The translations under genes were made by a program, and so were the position numbers. The notes under the pieces are model-generated. The model was not told the origin of the DNA and searched no databases. It saw nothing but the letters and a program-made list of their open reading frames with translations. Positions 1 through 15,991 of a DNA stretch of 64,000 nt are shown here, piece after piece (positions within the stretch are counted from its first letter, which is position 1; every line of letters begins with the position of its first letter). Source of the stretch: Vitrella brassicaformis CCMP3155 (lineage: Eukaryota; Protista; Chromerida); the NCBI GenBank assembly GCA_001179505.1, contig CDMY01000340.1:1-64000 (forward strand), in the 5' to 3' direction.

Positions 1-190
1 CATCTCGGTGAGCCGCCATGTAGCTCAGTATCAGCACACGAAGTTTCCGCTTTCCAGGAGGGCATTTTCATGAAGTCCGTTACGCCATCCGCCATATGCG
101 ATTCGCGCACGGAGAAAAACTAGCCTAGAGCACTCCCCCAGCTGGTGCTTTTGGGGGGTCGTGAACGAAGAGAAGGGGGAAGGAAGCAGA

Positions 191-1255
191 ATGTCGTCAT
201 CGTCATACACGGCAGCACCAGCGTTCAGTCACGCCGACGAGGAGCCTCCCACCGTCAGATATTTCAAGGCGTGCGGCCGGTGGGGGATTCATGCTGCTCA
301 CGCCGTCGTCCGACCCGTCGCAGTACGGGCCACCTACATGGAAGCCAGAAGCAAAAGGTAGGTGAGGTGACACGGATGGGATGCACGCTGCAGGCAGTCC
401 AGTAGATAGAATAGATTGGTGGGTGTGTTTGTCTGTTGGTTGTGTGCAGGCAGGCGGGTCAGCTCAACACCCGGGAGAACGAGGCCGTGGACGACGTCGA
501 CGGCTGGCAGCCGTTCATCACCATGGGCATGGCACTGCGTAAGCATGAGGCTCGGGCAGATAGATGCGTCTGTGCCTGCCTGCCTGTCTACCTGGTGGGC
601 AGGCACCATGTGTGTTGTGTTTTGTGTGTGTCTTACCGTGATCATCATCCATCGGTTGGTTTGTGTGATTGCGTGTGCCCTCTCTCAGCGTGTCACTACT
701 GGTTCAGTCAATGGCTGCTGAAGAACTTCAAGCCCCTCACCAAAAAGAACCCGACGGAGTTCGCGATACCGCTCATCGACAAGAAGCAGGCGGCAGTCAT
801 TTTGGGCTTAGTAGGTACGGCACGCAGGCCGACTGCACCGCTACCAACGACGACAGACTGACAGACAAGAGCAGAGCAGACGATCTGTGTGTGTGTGTGT
901 GTGTCGGTTGTTTGCCTGTGTGTCTGTCTGTGTGTTCATCAGTTCCTCTGACGTTCATTTATGTGTCTGCATGTGGGTTGTGGCGTCGGAAGCTGGGCGA
1001 CATCTTCTTTGTGCCCAAGGGGATGCTCGCCAGCACATCCATCGGCGTCATGGAGCTCAGGGAAGAGTGAGTGACCAAGGGCACCCATACCAGACAGAGA
1101 GACCAGCAGAAGAGGCACACTGCCCGAGTGCGTGTGTGGATGGCTGGTGTGGTGTGGTGTGCAGCTACCGTAAGAGGGCGCCGCGTGACTACGAGAGGCT
1201 GAGGCGGATGTGCGACCCCTACTATGACCCTGCTGCTGAAGCAGATACTGAGTGA
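191..1255 (+). CDS. Hypothetical spliced protein (about 5 exons)
   Basis: ATG at 191 and a GT donor at 358. Protein-like exon blocks (LNTRENEAVDDVDGWQPFITMG, WLLKNFKPLTKKNPTEFAIPLIDKK, KLGDIFFVPKGMLAS, YRKRAPRDYERLRRMCDPYY) are separated by microsatellite-rich introns. TGA ends at 1255. No family recognised. Confidence 0.55.
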
Positions 1256-1818
1256 AAGGCTGACTGACACGACTGTTTGACTGACTGGCTGTCACACGAT
1301 GAGAGGACTGTAAATGTGCTGACTGACAAGCTTGATTCTCTGCGCATGATTGAGACTGGCGGGATGCGCATAACAGTGAGATAGATGTATGGTTGAGTCA
1401 CATGGGTTGATGTGATGGATCGATCAGTGAAGGGCTCAGTGGCACAACAAAGCCACTGCACTGCTCCACCCCACACACATGCAGGTCAGGTGTCCGATTC
1501 ACATCCACCCGAAGCAGGCATCAGACGACACACCACAGCACACGACACGGACACACGTAGATAGATGAGTCGGTCGCTCGTTGCATCCGCCGGCCCCGCC
1601 TCACCTATCGGCTCACAACTCAGTGCAGCTGTCAACCGGTGGATGAGATCCAGCAGTCCAATGCAGCGAGCGACCAGACCCAACACATGGAAGAATGAAT
1701 GAATCAAACCAGTGTCCGTCCGCACACCGCACCAGCCCCCACTGCGCTTCTCTGCTCGCGAGTGACCGACGGCCCTTCAAAATGCCCGTGTTGCGTGCGA
1801 GTGAGTCTGTCTGTGGGA

Positions 1819-2536
1819 TCACTCGTCGTCCTCCTCGTCGCCCCCACCGGCGCCCTTGGACTTCTCCTTGCGTCTGCGCACGCGTCCGGGTCTGCCGCCG
1901 CCGAATGGGCTGGTGAGCGCGAAGTCGATGTGCTTCTCGCTCTCGAGGTTGACCATGAAGGAGGGCACGTTGACGATCTGCTTGCCCACCCGGATGTGGC
2001 GCTGGCGGATGAGCACACGGGCGTGGTGGATGGACTTGGCCAGGCCCAGCTTGAACACCTTGGTCTGCAGCCGACGCTCCATGAACTTGGCAGTCGTCAA
2101 ACCCAACACGTAATCCAACTTCTGCTGACCCTCATCTGCACACACACAGAACAAACCACACACCACACCACGCCACACACGCAATGGTCAGTCACACCAG
2201 ACAGATCACCCCCCCTCTCCCTCTCGCGTGCATCGCGTGTGTGTGTGTGTGTGACATCCCTCCCTGTGTTCACTCACCGAGGAGTCCCATTCGCACCATC
2301 CGGCGCAGGAGGGCAGCTCCCTGGAACACGCGGATGGGGTCCTTCTCCTCGAGTGTGAGGAGGTGCCGTGCCGCCGCCCGCATCTTGGAGAGGGTGTACT
2401 GGACGCGCCACACCTCACGCTTGTTCTTCAGGCCGTACTCGCCGATGATCTTCATCTCGCTGTCCAACCGCTCCTTCTCGAACGGCCGCTTGGGCGTGTT
2501 CGCCACCTTTGAGTGCGTGCGGTAGCGCTTCGGCAT
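1819..2536 (-). CDS. RPS9: 40S ribosomal protein S9 (uS4), 2 exons (2536-2278, 2135-1819)
   Basis: [47 protein letters not shown] is spliced in frame to [14 protein letters not shown]...[30 protein letters not shown]...[13 protein letters not shown], the canonical S9 sequence. Confidence 0.98.
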
Positions 2537-2814
2537 CTCGGCTCACAGATGGGGCACGCGAACGCGCGAGCAGTTTCAGCCTTGCGAGCTGACGCTTGCG
2601 AGCTTGAAGCAGCAAGGGTTATTCTCCGTGTTGTCGCGCTCCGTGCCTCAAGACAGCGTCACTGCATCGCATATAGGCATCGGCTTTACGAAGGTACAAG
2701 ATCCGCATCCGACCCCCTGACCCTCCCCTGAGCCCTCTTCCCTCCCTCTGTTGACGAACCTGCAGCCCTCATCGAGCTTAGCATCGAACCTTATTGGACC
2801 TCTCTGACGTCACT

Positions 2815-4038
2815 ATGGTGCGCGGAGGCGGCTACGGCGGCCGGAGCAACAGAGGTGTGTGGAAGCGACACAGCAGGGCGGGAGAGAGGGGAACAGCAGG
2901 CAGACACAGGCACGATGAGGGCACGCAGGCGGCGAGATGGGGCAGACAGGGCGAGACAGGCCATGAGACACGAGAGAGGGGACAGGGAGGAGGGAGGGGG
3001 AGGGGAGGAGAGGCTGCTATGCGGTGACTGAATGACGGCCACCTGCTGCGGCGAGCCCTTTCCCTCCATCCCATCCACCACACCTACACCCGCACACGCC
3101 ACGCCCAGCTTACCTATTTATCTGTCCATGACGCGGCTTGCTGACGGACACGACACCGCTCTCACGATGGATGCTCTCTTTGCCTGCCTGCCTTTCTGCT
3201 TTCTCTCTCTCTATTGGGTTGGTGGTGCTGCCTGGTGACATCGCATCGCGGCCTCCATTCCTTCCCTTCCCATCCCATCATCTATCTATCTCTATCACCT
3301 ACAGGCAGAGGAGGCGGCAGGGGAGGGCGCTCCGGTGGCGGCGGGTCGGGCGGCCAGCTCGGCATCAACCGCAGATCGGGGGGCGGCGGGGGAGGGTATT
3401 CGGGAGGAGGGCGCGGTGGCCGAGGATCGGGCTCCCGCAGCAGTGGGCGCATCATGAAGGGCGGCGGCAGCATGCGCATGGGGAGGGGCGGCCGCGGCAG
3501 TGGCGGGCGCGGGCGGGGTCGTGGGCGAGGCCGTGGACGTGGACGTGGACGCGGCGGCGAGAAGCCCGCTAACAAGGAGGACCTGGTGAGAGATTGACGG
3601 AGGGGGCGACGTTGACTCACTTGGTGTTTTGTGGTTGATGTGTGTGTGCTGGTTCAGGACGACCAGCTCGACAACTACATGTGCAGCCAGAGCAAGTGAG
3701 TCCGAACAGGAAGGAGCAGCACAACCAACACGCCACACACATGACCCCACACACATGCTATGCTGTCTTCGGTCTATCTGTGGATGGATGGATGTATGGT
3801 CAGGCTCAACGCCGATTTGGACAGCTACTGGAAGAAGGGCCAGAGCGGCTCGGCCGCCCCCGCGGGCGCCGAGGGCACCGGCGAGGCCGCACAGGACGGC
3901 GATGTCGCCATGGGAGAGGCCGGTACGCTTGTGCAATGCACACCACACCCACACCTGTGTACTTGTGTGTGTTATGCTGTGTGGTGTTGGGTGTTGATCT
4001 CACGTGTGTGTCCAGAGGGTGATGGAGCCGAGACCTAG
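2815..4038 (+). CDS. RGG/GAR-rich protein with C-terminal FoP duplication motif (CHTOP/FOP-like mRNA export adaptor)
   Basis: Long RGG and (RG)n tract at about 3303-3560. Spliced C-terminus KEDL|DDQLDNYMCSQS|KLNADLDSYWKKG gives two copies of the LDxxLDxY motif typical of FoP_duplication/UBM. Confidence 0.75.
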
Positions 4039-4727
4039 GCGCATACGGCGCACACACGACACCCATGACAGCTAGATAGACACACGTAGACATCCATCGC
4101 CTCGCCACCCACACATCCATCTGCATGACACATACTCACATGGACACATGCGACTGACTGCCCGGCCGTGGAGCTTTTTCAAGCCCCGACGATCGATGTG
4201 TAGAACGTTCTTCGCCTGCCTGCCTGCATCTGTGCACCTGTCTGCCTGCCTGCCTGCCTGCCTGGCTGACCGCCCTCTCCCCTCTCCCTAATTTGTCTCG
4301 CCCACAACATTGGCTGGGTTCATGATACGTGGATACTTGGCGTGGCCGAGTGACATGTGCATCGACTCGACTGACTAAGAGTATGGGTGACGGACGGAGT
4401 GATGATTGCTTCAATCAATCGCCTGATGGGTCAGTCACTGTCGCATTCGCATAGCAGAGGGCACACAGACACCAACCACAGCAGTCGACAATTCATTCTG
4501 GGGGAAAAGGAGAACAGTTAAACGGCACATTATGATGGAGCAAGACTGCGGCTCTCATTCGTGACATCCATCCATCCAAACCCACCCCCCAAGACCAGCA
4601 AGCGAAACAGAGCGAGGACAAATCGAACATCAGATAGATGCGTGGCTGAGACACGCAATGGCCAAGTGAGTGAGTGAGTGAGTGAGTCAGACACCCTCAA
4701 GATTCTCCCCCCATATCCATCCATCCA

Positions 4728-6177
4728 TCAGCACAGGCAGGGCAGGCTCATCTGCCGATGCAGCCGCCGTGAGCCCTGTGAGGGCTCTGAGGCTTCGTTC
4801 GACAGACCGTAGGAAACGGGCAGCGGCTGCATTGCTCGTGATGCTCGGCTGCTCGGCGTCATGCTCAGCCGCACCGTGCGCGACGACGACCCGAATCCGC
4901 CGCACATGCGGGGCACAAACATGAATGCGCACCGCGTGCAGGGAAACGAGGGGGACCTTGCCAGGGATGAGGATGAGCCGTCTCGTGGAGACAACAGATG
5001 GTCCTCCTCCTCTGCCGTGAGGGGCAGAATGGATCTCTTGCGCGGCGGACGAGACACACGGCTGATCACGGCCTGGGCTCCCACCATCAAGGCGGTACCC
5101 AGCCGTCTGCCGAGCCATTGGAGGGCGACGCGCAGCCACGTGAGGGCGACGATGATGGCATAGGGGAGGTGCCAGTCGAAGACGACCACCTCGTCGCTGA
5201 TTTCTCTCTTGCAGAACGGACAGAGAAGCGACGGAATCGGCGGACGCTCCCAAAACGATCTCTGTTGGTTGATGCCAGCCAGAGACACCCACAAACGAGC
5301 AGATACCTCACGTGTCTCATGTGTCTCATGTGTCTCTTCTCATTGCTGAACTCCCCAGTAAGGCGCACCTGACTGATGAATAAGAAACACTTGAGGTGGA
5401 TGGGATGGAGGCGGCAGGATGCGTGGCCCGTGGGGGGGATAACCTTGGTGTGCCACCAGCGGAACTCCATGAGGCAGATGGGGCAGTCGTCGGTCTCTAT
5501 CCGCTTGGATGGCGAGTAGGAGGGAGGAGTGGGCCGCTCGAAGGCCAGGAATGTGCAGCCGAGCAGATACAGGGGGCACAGCAGAGCTAAGGCAAACTGG
5601 AGATGGAACAGAGCATCCCACAACAGGAACGAACCCAGCCTGCACACAGAGACACGAAGGAAGAGACAGACACGTCAAGCAGACCCATCCCAGTCAGTAC
5701 TATGACATGGTCTGTCTGTGTGTGATTCTGTCCATTCAGCTGTGCCCTCACTCACAGCAAGAGATTCAAGGTCGTCACATCACAGTAGGGCCGTTTCCCG
5801 CCGTGTATCTCCTCCCTAGCCACCTCCTCCCAGGCCATCCAGTAGAGAAACCCAATCCCCTGAAGCCACACCGTGCACGCCGTCAGGAATATCAGCTGCG
5901 CCACAAACGCCCTCTGGAAGGCCGCCCCCGCCCTCTCGTCTGCTCTGGCCCTTGTCCTTCGCCACTCGTCAACAGCATCGAGAACACGCCTCAAGAGCAG
6001 AGCGATGGTTCCGGTGGAGAAGAAAATGCCAATGCTCGTGAGGTCACGGAGAAGGATGTCCCACGAGACGTCATCTGGCTGAAGAGGGGCAGCGGCTTCG
6101 GTGGGCGGAGGGGCGGGCAGGGTGAGGGAGTTGTGGGCCAGGTCATCAGAGAGGGTGTCTGTCGGGAACGTGTGCAT
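4728..6177 (-). CDS. Multi-pass membrane RING-H2 E3 ubiquitin ligase
   Basis: Hydrophobic segments lie in exon 6177-5752 and near 5630-5560. The spliced motif CPIC...CRLHPIHLKC...SQ|RSFW...CPFC fits C3H2C3 (RING-H2). Stop at 4728. Confidence 0.72.
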
Positions 6178-6343
6178 GATGCAGAAGCGTTGGATCCGGC
6201 CCCGTTAGTCAATTCCAGCCCAACAGCTTCAATCAGTCCAACGGTGGCGAGATTTCGCGCAGAGAGAGACGGAGACGGCCTGAGGCCCTCAGTCTTTTTT
6301 TTTTGGAAGCCTAATCTTCCTTCTCTTCCGGTTCCTCTCCACC

Positions 6344-9300
6344 ATGAGCCCGACTCCCCGACCGCTGCTGGACGGGCTGCTCAGCCGCAATGGTCAGCAA
6401 CGGGGGAGGGGCGCTCTCTTGTTTGCCAGCGCTAGCGCCCACACGTTGCGAGGCGACCTTCTTCCTTGCGGCAGGTGGGTGAGTGAGGCAACGTGGAGGG
6501 GAGCTGGGAGAGGTGGAAAGTCTTTTGTTCATCAATTCGAGGGAGGACCTGTCCGCGACGATGCACACCGACCCAACCATGCTCTCAGTCGAGAGGCGGC
6601 TCAGCCAAGGCAACCAACGGCAGCGATTTGACCGGCAGTTCCTCGAGGCCCGCAAGAAGATGGAGCAGAAGGTGCTGCTGCATCTTGAAAGGTCAAGGAG
6701 ATGCCGCCGGGTAGGTGGGGGGTGGGTGGGTGCGCCAGCCACACACAGACAAACATTCAACTCTTGTAGTGACCATGTTCACCGCGACCTGCCCGCCAGC
6801 AGCCAAGCTCATCGACGCCACTCGCTCGGCGGACCCGGACATCAAGGTCAAGCTACCGCCGGAGGCAGGCGAAGAAGATGACAGTGCCGCCTTGTAGGAT
6901 CTTCAGCAGTACGACAAGGAGCACACATGGAAGAGACACCTGTTGGAGGTATGTGTCTGAACATGAGCCCTGCTCAATTTCAGCATCAACGCCCACGACC
7001 TATGTCGCCACATTTCCTGCACGTGAGGTGAAGAGCTAGGCTCATTGTGTCTGCTCCCTTTCTGTATGTCTGGCTGCCTGTTTCTGTCAGCGCATGTTGG
7101 GCCTCCTTGCGCCGGCTGAGGGTGAGCTGTTCCGCAGGTCGGCAAGGCGAGTCACATTTGAGTTCTCACTCTTCCAACGTCAGCTGTGTCCCATCTGTGC
7201 CGATTCCCACCCGTGTCTCCTCGCCCCAGATGCAGGCATCTCTCACATGCCATTGCCAGCCATACGTGGATGTTGACAACATGAGGACCCCGCGTGCTTC
7301 AGATACGTGAGGAAGCGGATCTGGAGCAGCTGGAGCTCATTGTGGATGTCGAGTTGGCATGCCCGTTTCCCTGGCTGCCTACAAAGACCCTCAAGGTACG
7401 ACACGGCACAAAACCTACACACACCCATCGCTTGATATTCCCTCTGTGTTCTCAGGATGTGTGGCGAGCGTACGACCATGTCAACCCCAACAACGCAGCG
7501 TTGTCGGCCACTCTGGCTGACGCCAAGGACCGACTCCAGGCCAAGGAGGTCACCATTCACATACACACACACACACACAGAAGAGGAGTATTCCATATGA
7601 CATTGACACCTCTGTTCCCTTCTATGCATCAGACGGTGAGCACTGCGGTGGTCAAGAGCCTCGTGGAGAGCCTGGAGGTAAGTATGTATGTCCCCCCACA
7701 CACCACAAGACCACCCTCCGCCCATGCATGTGGATGTGTGTGTGTGTAACCCATTTGCTCCCCTCGTCGACACAACGAAGTATGAGAACCGCGCTCGTCG
7801 TGCGGCCGAGTGAGCACGGAAGGCACTCACTTACTGAAGGGCCACACCGCAACACACGCATGGTGCATGGACGTGTTTGTGCGTCAGACGTGAGTCGGAG
7901 ATGTTGAAAGAGCAGCTGGAGAGGGAGACCAAGACCTGGAAGGAGACCAACCAGGTGTGCACATGCATACATTGTATAGATATATCCCCTGATAACTCAT
8001 CATCCGTGCTTGATCCGTGCTGACGTCCGTGTGCGCTTGGGCCTTGCTCCGTCAGACTATGGCATCCAAGGTCGCTCAAGTGGAGAGCGCGCTGCAGGAC
8101 TGCCGTCAACTCGAAGAGGTGCGTGTGTGGTCTTCCAGTATCTATCGAACTTGACCTCTTTCTGTCATGCATGTCATTTTTGCAGGCTTACCAGACCGAC
8201 GAGGAGATAACGCCTCAGAAGCCAAGTCGAGGAGGTAACTACCGAAGTGAGAAAGACAGACAGACAGACAGGCAGAGGCAGAAAGAATACACATGATGAT
8301 CGCCTGACACACACAGACAACATCCATCTTACATACCATACACAGCATCTTCTGCCGGTCTGTGTTGCTTTGTCTTTGGACGCACAGACCAAGAAGGAGT
8401 CGCACCACCGCGCCACTCAGAGCTGATAGTACACGCAGACACAGCACATTCATTTGTGTCTGTGTATGCAGGGGCTGCAGCGTCTGAAGGACACCGAGAT
8501 ACACCAACTGTGTAGAGAGCACCAGGAGGTAGGACGGCAAACAAGCAACACACACCAGAGAGAAAGGGAGAGACGGACGCTGACCGACCGATGGATGTGT
8601 GTGTGTGTGTGTGTGTTGGCTGAACGAACAGGTTGTCGATGCTAAGAACCGCGAGCTGGGGGCTGCTGGCACCAAGGTCATGCAGAAACAGCCGGTAGGC
8701 AGGCCAGCCCAGCTCTCACCCACACAGATAGATTATCTGCACACACATCCGTGCGTGACACACACGCACCCAATCGTGGGCGTATGTGTGTCGTCTCTAC
8801 CCAGGAGCTCGACGCCGCCATGAAGGAGCTCGACAGCCACACAGACGACAGACAGACAGACAGCAGAGAGACATGCAAACACTCGATGCCACCTTCCCGT
8901 CTCTGTGTGTGCGTCGTGTCTCCATCCCTCCCTGCAGAAGAACCAGCTTCAAGTGCGGCGACTCAAGGGCGAGCTGCAGGAGGTGAGCACCCATGGGTGT
9001 ACAGGGCGAATTTCTCTGTCTTTGCTGTCGCTGTATGTCAGGCTGATGCGACAGTGCGGCGTCTCGAGAATCGGTGTCAGCTACTTGAACTGGTCAAGGT
9101 GCGAATTGCGCGTCCTTATGCAATCAGGGAGACATATATAGTACGTCCTGCCTGCCTGATTGCATAAGGTACGTGCAGGACGGGCGCTATGCCATTTTGC
9201 CGCCGTTGGACTTGAACGTCCTCCAGAAGCAGTTCAAGGGCGACAGTAACGACACCAAGAAGATTCTAGTTGTGTGGCACCAACCGACACCAGCCCCAGC

Positions 9301-11382
9301 TACCTGTCAATCGCCAACCACGTGTCCAACATCGCCACCACTGCCCTTATCGTTGCCTTCAGATGGCTGGGCAAATGGTGTCGAGACTGCTGCGTCTGCC
9401 CTACACGGAGCAAGCCAGGCGAGCCGCGCAAGTGGTGGCAGCGAGTATTCTGCCCTCAATGTCCCAAGTGCTGCGACTGGTGTGCACTTCATCAACCCCT
9501 CGTATTCGCGATTCCGTCGATGCATTGCAAGACGGATGGTATGTAGGGGGGGAAGGGAAGGAACAGGCAGACCAAAACATAGCATGTGGCACACCCTCCT
9601 TCTCCCTCCCTCCCTCCCTCCCTCTGTCCCTGGCAGGACATGAAGGATTGCGGCCACCGATTCTGTGTAGGGTGCAAGGCGAGTCTAGGCATCGCAGCGG
9701 ACGTACGCAGACAGACAGACAGATAGACAAGACAGCCAGCGAAACAAGGCGAGGTTATGGGATCTCTCTTTCTTGTCCATCCATTCGCCCGTCTTTTTGT
9801 GTTCCTTAGGCTTCGATCGATGAGGTCCCCTGTACCATCTGCCAAGCATCCGAGGAATTCGACTGGAGGGCAGCAACCGACTTGGCTTTGGCCGACATCC
9901 ACAACTCGTACGGACGAGACGGCACGCACAGGACAACACACCACACCACACCACACCACACCACACAAGCCTTGCCTGCGTGCACACTGCGTCTCTGTCC
10001 CTCTGTCCCTCTGTTTGTGTGTGTGTGTGTGTGTGTGTGGCGCCTGTTTGCAGTTCTGAGATGGAGGGCATGTCACAGGAGGAGCGCAACGGCTTCATCG
10101 AGGAGATGATAAAGCAGTAGAGGTGAGGGACTGAGTGCCTGACCTTCACCACACACACACACACACACTCACCCACGGACGCACCCACACACATGTGGAT
10201 GACCAATGCGTGTGGGGTTTCTTCCCTGTCCATCATTCAGGCGGGCGTACGAGTCGCTGTCTCGTGGGGCCTCCCAGGCGTCGGCGTCGAGCCCATCGGA
10301 CACGGGCAATGGCGACTGGCCTGCCCTGCCCACTTCAGGCGGGGCGCAGGGAGGGGCGAGTGAGGCACACACCCACTGCTGCGGGTGGAGCATGCATGAC
10401 ACACGCCCTCTTCGCACGATTTGCTGCCTCTCTCTGTGTATGTGTCTGGTCAGGAAATTGTTTCTGCAGGGCGATCGGCGAGCCACACACAGACAAACAT
10501 CCACCACTTGTAGTGACCTGTCGTGATTGATGTGCAGGAGGGATTGGGAAGGAGATCCACAGGCGTCTGAGGTCGCTACTAAAAGACGTCGATGAGCTGC
10601 CGTTCGCCGTGCCCCAGCCGTCCGTGTATGCCGACATCAGACGCCGGATCGGCATCATCATCATGTGGTACGTGAGACACGGATAATGCAGCCCCGCTGA
10701 TCCATGCTGAGCGAGTGGATCAAGGTCTGTCTGTCTGTCCATGTGGCCTCCTTCCACCAGCCTGGACGAGCACGGCAAACCCCAAGGACAGCGGCAGCCC
10801 GTCCTCGACTCATACCACAGGGATGACCTCGCAACGGCACTCGAGCAGGCGGTACGCACGTATCCATCCATCAATCCATCCATCCATGGGATGCGCCGAA
10901 AAAAACTGACACCACTCTTTCAACATGTGTGTCAGGGTTTCATTGTGAGCAAGGAGCCCGAGCAGCCCGCAGCAGCCTGACAGCCAAGACGAGACACAGG
11001 ACACCAACAACGCTCCAGGGCAGGTCAGCCAAGCTGAGCTGAGCGGGGACAATGGATGGATGGATGGTTGAATGAATGGATGGATGTGTGTGTCTCTGTG
11101 GTGTCCAATTGGTGGTGTCAGGGCGTCACACAGGAGGACACACACGAGGAGGACAGCAGCACCACCCCCAGCAGCAGTCACGACCGCAGGAAGAGGCGCA
11201 ACGCCGTCACGCCCAAGCACTACCCCGAGACGCCAGACAACAAACGCCGCAGCACCGATGCAGAGGGAGACATCGACTCAGAAACAGATGGCGACGACTC
11301 TGATATGGTCATGGCTTGGGAGGCAGAGGGAGAGGAGGCGGAGCCATCTGTCAAGAGGCGCAAGTACATCCCTGTGGTGTAG
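6344..11382 (+). CDS. Large multi-exon coiled-coil protein with a degenerate RING-HC-like motif; C-terminus at 10980 or 11382 depending on splicing
   Basis: More than 20 short exons carry heptad-like EKLQ-rich sequence (MLKEQLERETKTWKETNQ, KNQLQVRRLKGELQE, ADATVRRLENRCQLLELVK). Exons at about 9637 and 9811 give DMKDCGHRFCVGC...VPCTIC. Phases were checked by eye from 9180 to 10980. Confidence 0.55.
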
Positions 11383-13128
11383 TGTTGAAGGCCATGGTCC
11401 CGGCCATTCGTCAGTTGACAGTCAATGAGGAGGAGATGGCTGGGGGGAAAGGTGCAGGTAGATGGATGGCTGCCTACATTTTATATTTGCTGTCATGGTT
11501 CGCATACATATCATGTGCTCGAGGGCGTCCCGCTTGACGGATTGGCTGTCGGTCGGTGTGTTGCGCTGAGTGACACAGTGTGTGTGTCGCTCCTGCCTGT
11601 AGATCTTGCGTTTGGTTTGTCAGTTGAAAGCTCTATCAGCTGGCGCCCGATGATCTCTCGCTTTTTTCTGTGTGTGTGTCGGTGCCCTCGTTGAGTTAAC
11701 TACTCAATGGGCTGGCTCGTGTGGTGCTGGGGGCTGTCATCTCAGCCATGGTATTCGACCAGTAGACTGCTGAGGTATGGATCAAACGAGACAGACGTAC
11801 GCAATGGTGTCTGTCTGTCTTTCTTTCTGTCTGTCTGTCTGTCCATGTCTGTGTCTGTGTCAGGCCGGGCGCTGGTGTGGTTCTGACGCTGGTGTGTCGA
11901 CATATGTATTACATTGCTGTGTGGCTGGATGGAGGCGGCCGGGTGGCTCTCCCTGACTAACGACGCGTACATCAGTCAGTCGTTTCAGCTCACAGGAGGC
12001 GTGTCTCGATCGGCCCACGCATGTCTCCTCGTGAATCCGTGCCTTTGTCTTATGTCCAGGTGGAGGCATAGCTGCATAGATGCTATGCATGGGTGGGACC
12101 GGGAGGGCTGTTGAGTTGACAAGAGTGCTGCATGACACTGTGCTATAAACATGCACAAGCAAGACATCCATCCATCGTCGGTCCACGGTCGTGTGAAATG
12201 CGTGTGACCCCACTATGTCCATCCATCATTCTTCATCGACACATCTCCGCATCTCAGAAGCGCTGTGCAGACCGCTCAGACCGCTCAGTCAGCGCACACA
12301 TCCGGGTGAAGGGAATGCCTCGCCAAACGTCACACGCACATCACCCACACGGCAGGATGCACGTCAGGAAATAAAGAAAGATGCACACTCACTCACGTAT
12401 GTATCTCTCGGCGCAGTAGCGCTGTGGCTGTTGCCTCACTCGATCAGCTAGCTGCCGTGCGGTTGGCGGACGGGACGGGTGGATCGATCCATGCAGACAG
12501 ACAGATAGACAGATGGGAAAAAGAATCCCTCCGGGGCGGGGATGGCTGCCGGCAGTAGCATATGTACTGCTCAGAAAGGGAGAAACACACATGCACACAC
12601 ACATACGCGCACACACATGACACGTCCATGCCACCCCCCCTAGCCTCCCCTGCTTCCCTCGTGTGTGGTCGGCCATCCCTCGGTTGCATGGCATGGACCG
12701 AGAAAAACTGGTGACGAACACGTTTGCCTGCAAACTCTCTCTCTCACCTGTCTCGCGTTGTGCTGCCTTCCCGTCCACCCACCCACCCCCCCACCAGCCC
12801 CACTCCTGCCTGCCTGTCTGTCTGCTTGTCTGCCTATGAATGGCTTTAAATCATGCCATGAACCCCGCTTGACGCACACACGCACGGAACACGCAGGTGT
12901 GTGTGAGCTTATGGGACGAGATGTGTGTCCGCATCAGGAATGTATGTATGTGTATAGGTAAGAGATATGCCGCAGGAGTGCAGTCAGACAGGCAGGCAGG
13001 CAGGCCCCCCCACCCCACCCCACCCGGCCCCAATTGCCTGGCCCGGCTGCCTTAATTGCCGCCACCCATCCCGGCCATCAAGAGAGTCAGTGAGTGCAGT
13101 GAGTGAGCGTCTTGGACGACCGTTGCTC

Positions 13129-15548
<2,420 letters not shown>

Positions 15549-15991
15549 GTTCAGTGACTCAGGCATACACACACACCGAACACACAGGACCAGCTGAGAC
15601 GATTCGAATTCGATTGCAAAATGCGACGGAAGTCTGCAAGCTTAGCTCGCAGACGGATCGATCCCCTTCTTTTGCAAACGTCATGCCTTCTTTTTTGCTC
15701 GTAGACATTCGGCACAAAGAAACGAGCAATTTTCAGCCATTTTCAGCCTATTGCTGCTTGCGTGAAGGTGCTGTAGTGAGTGACGAGATCTTCCGATGGC
15801 GTGCCTTGTCCGCGACCTCAAGCGATGCTGGGGATAGAGCCCATGACCAGCCTTCCCTCACGTTCATTCGCGGCGTTTCGAGAGCCAGGGCCCCGAGTAC
15901 CGCACAGCAAAGGGCAGCATACGGCTGCCCGACCCGCAAACACTCCAACGGGACGGCAGAGCGCCGCAGTATGACATGGATGACGTGAGGG

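Noticed and set aside
3500-3555. (GGACGT)n / GGGCG tandem repeat
   Set aside because: It is explained as coding sequence for the RG dipeptide tract of the FoP-like protein.
4395-4430. Box C/D-like GTGATGA...CTGA
   Set aside because: The boxes are only about 20 nt apart, with no terminal stem or guide region.
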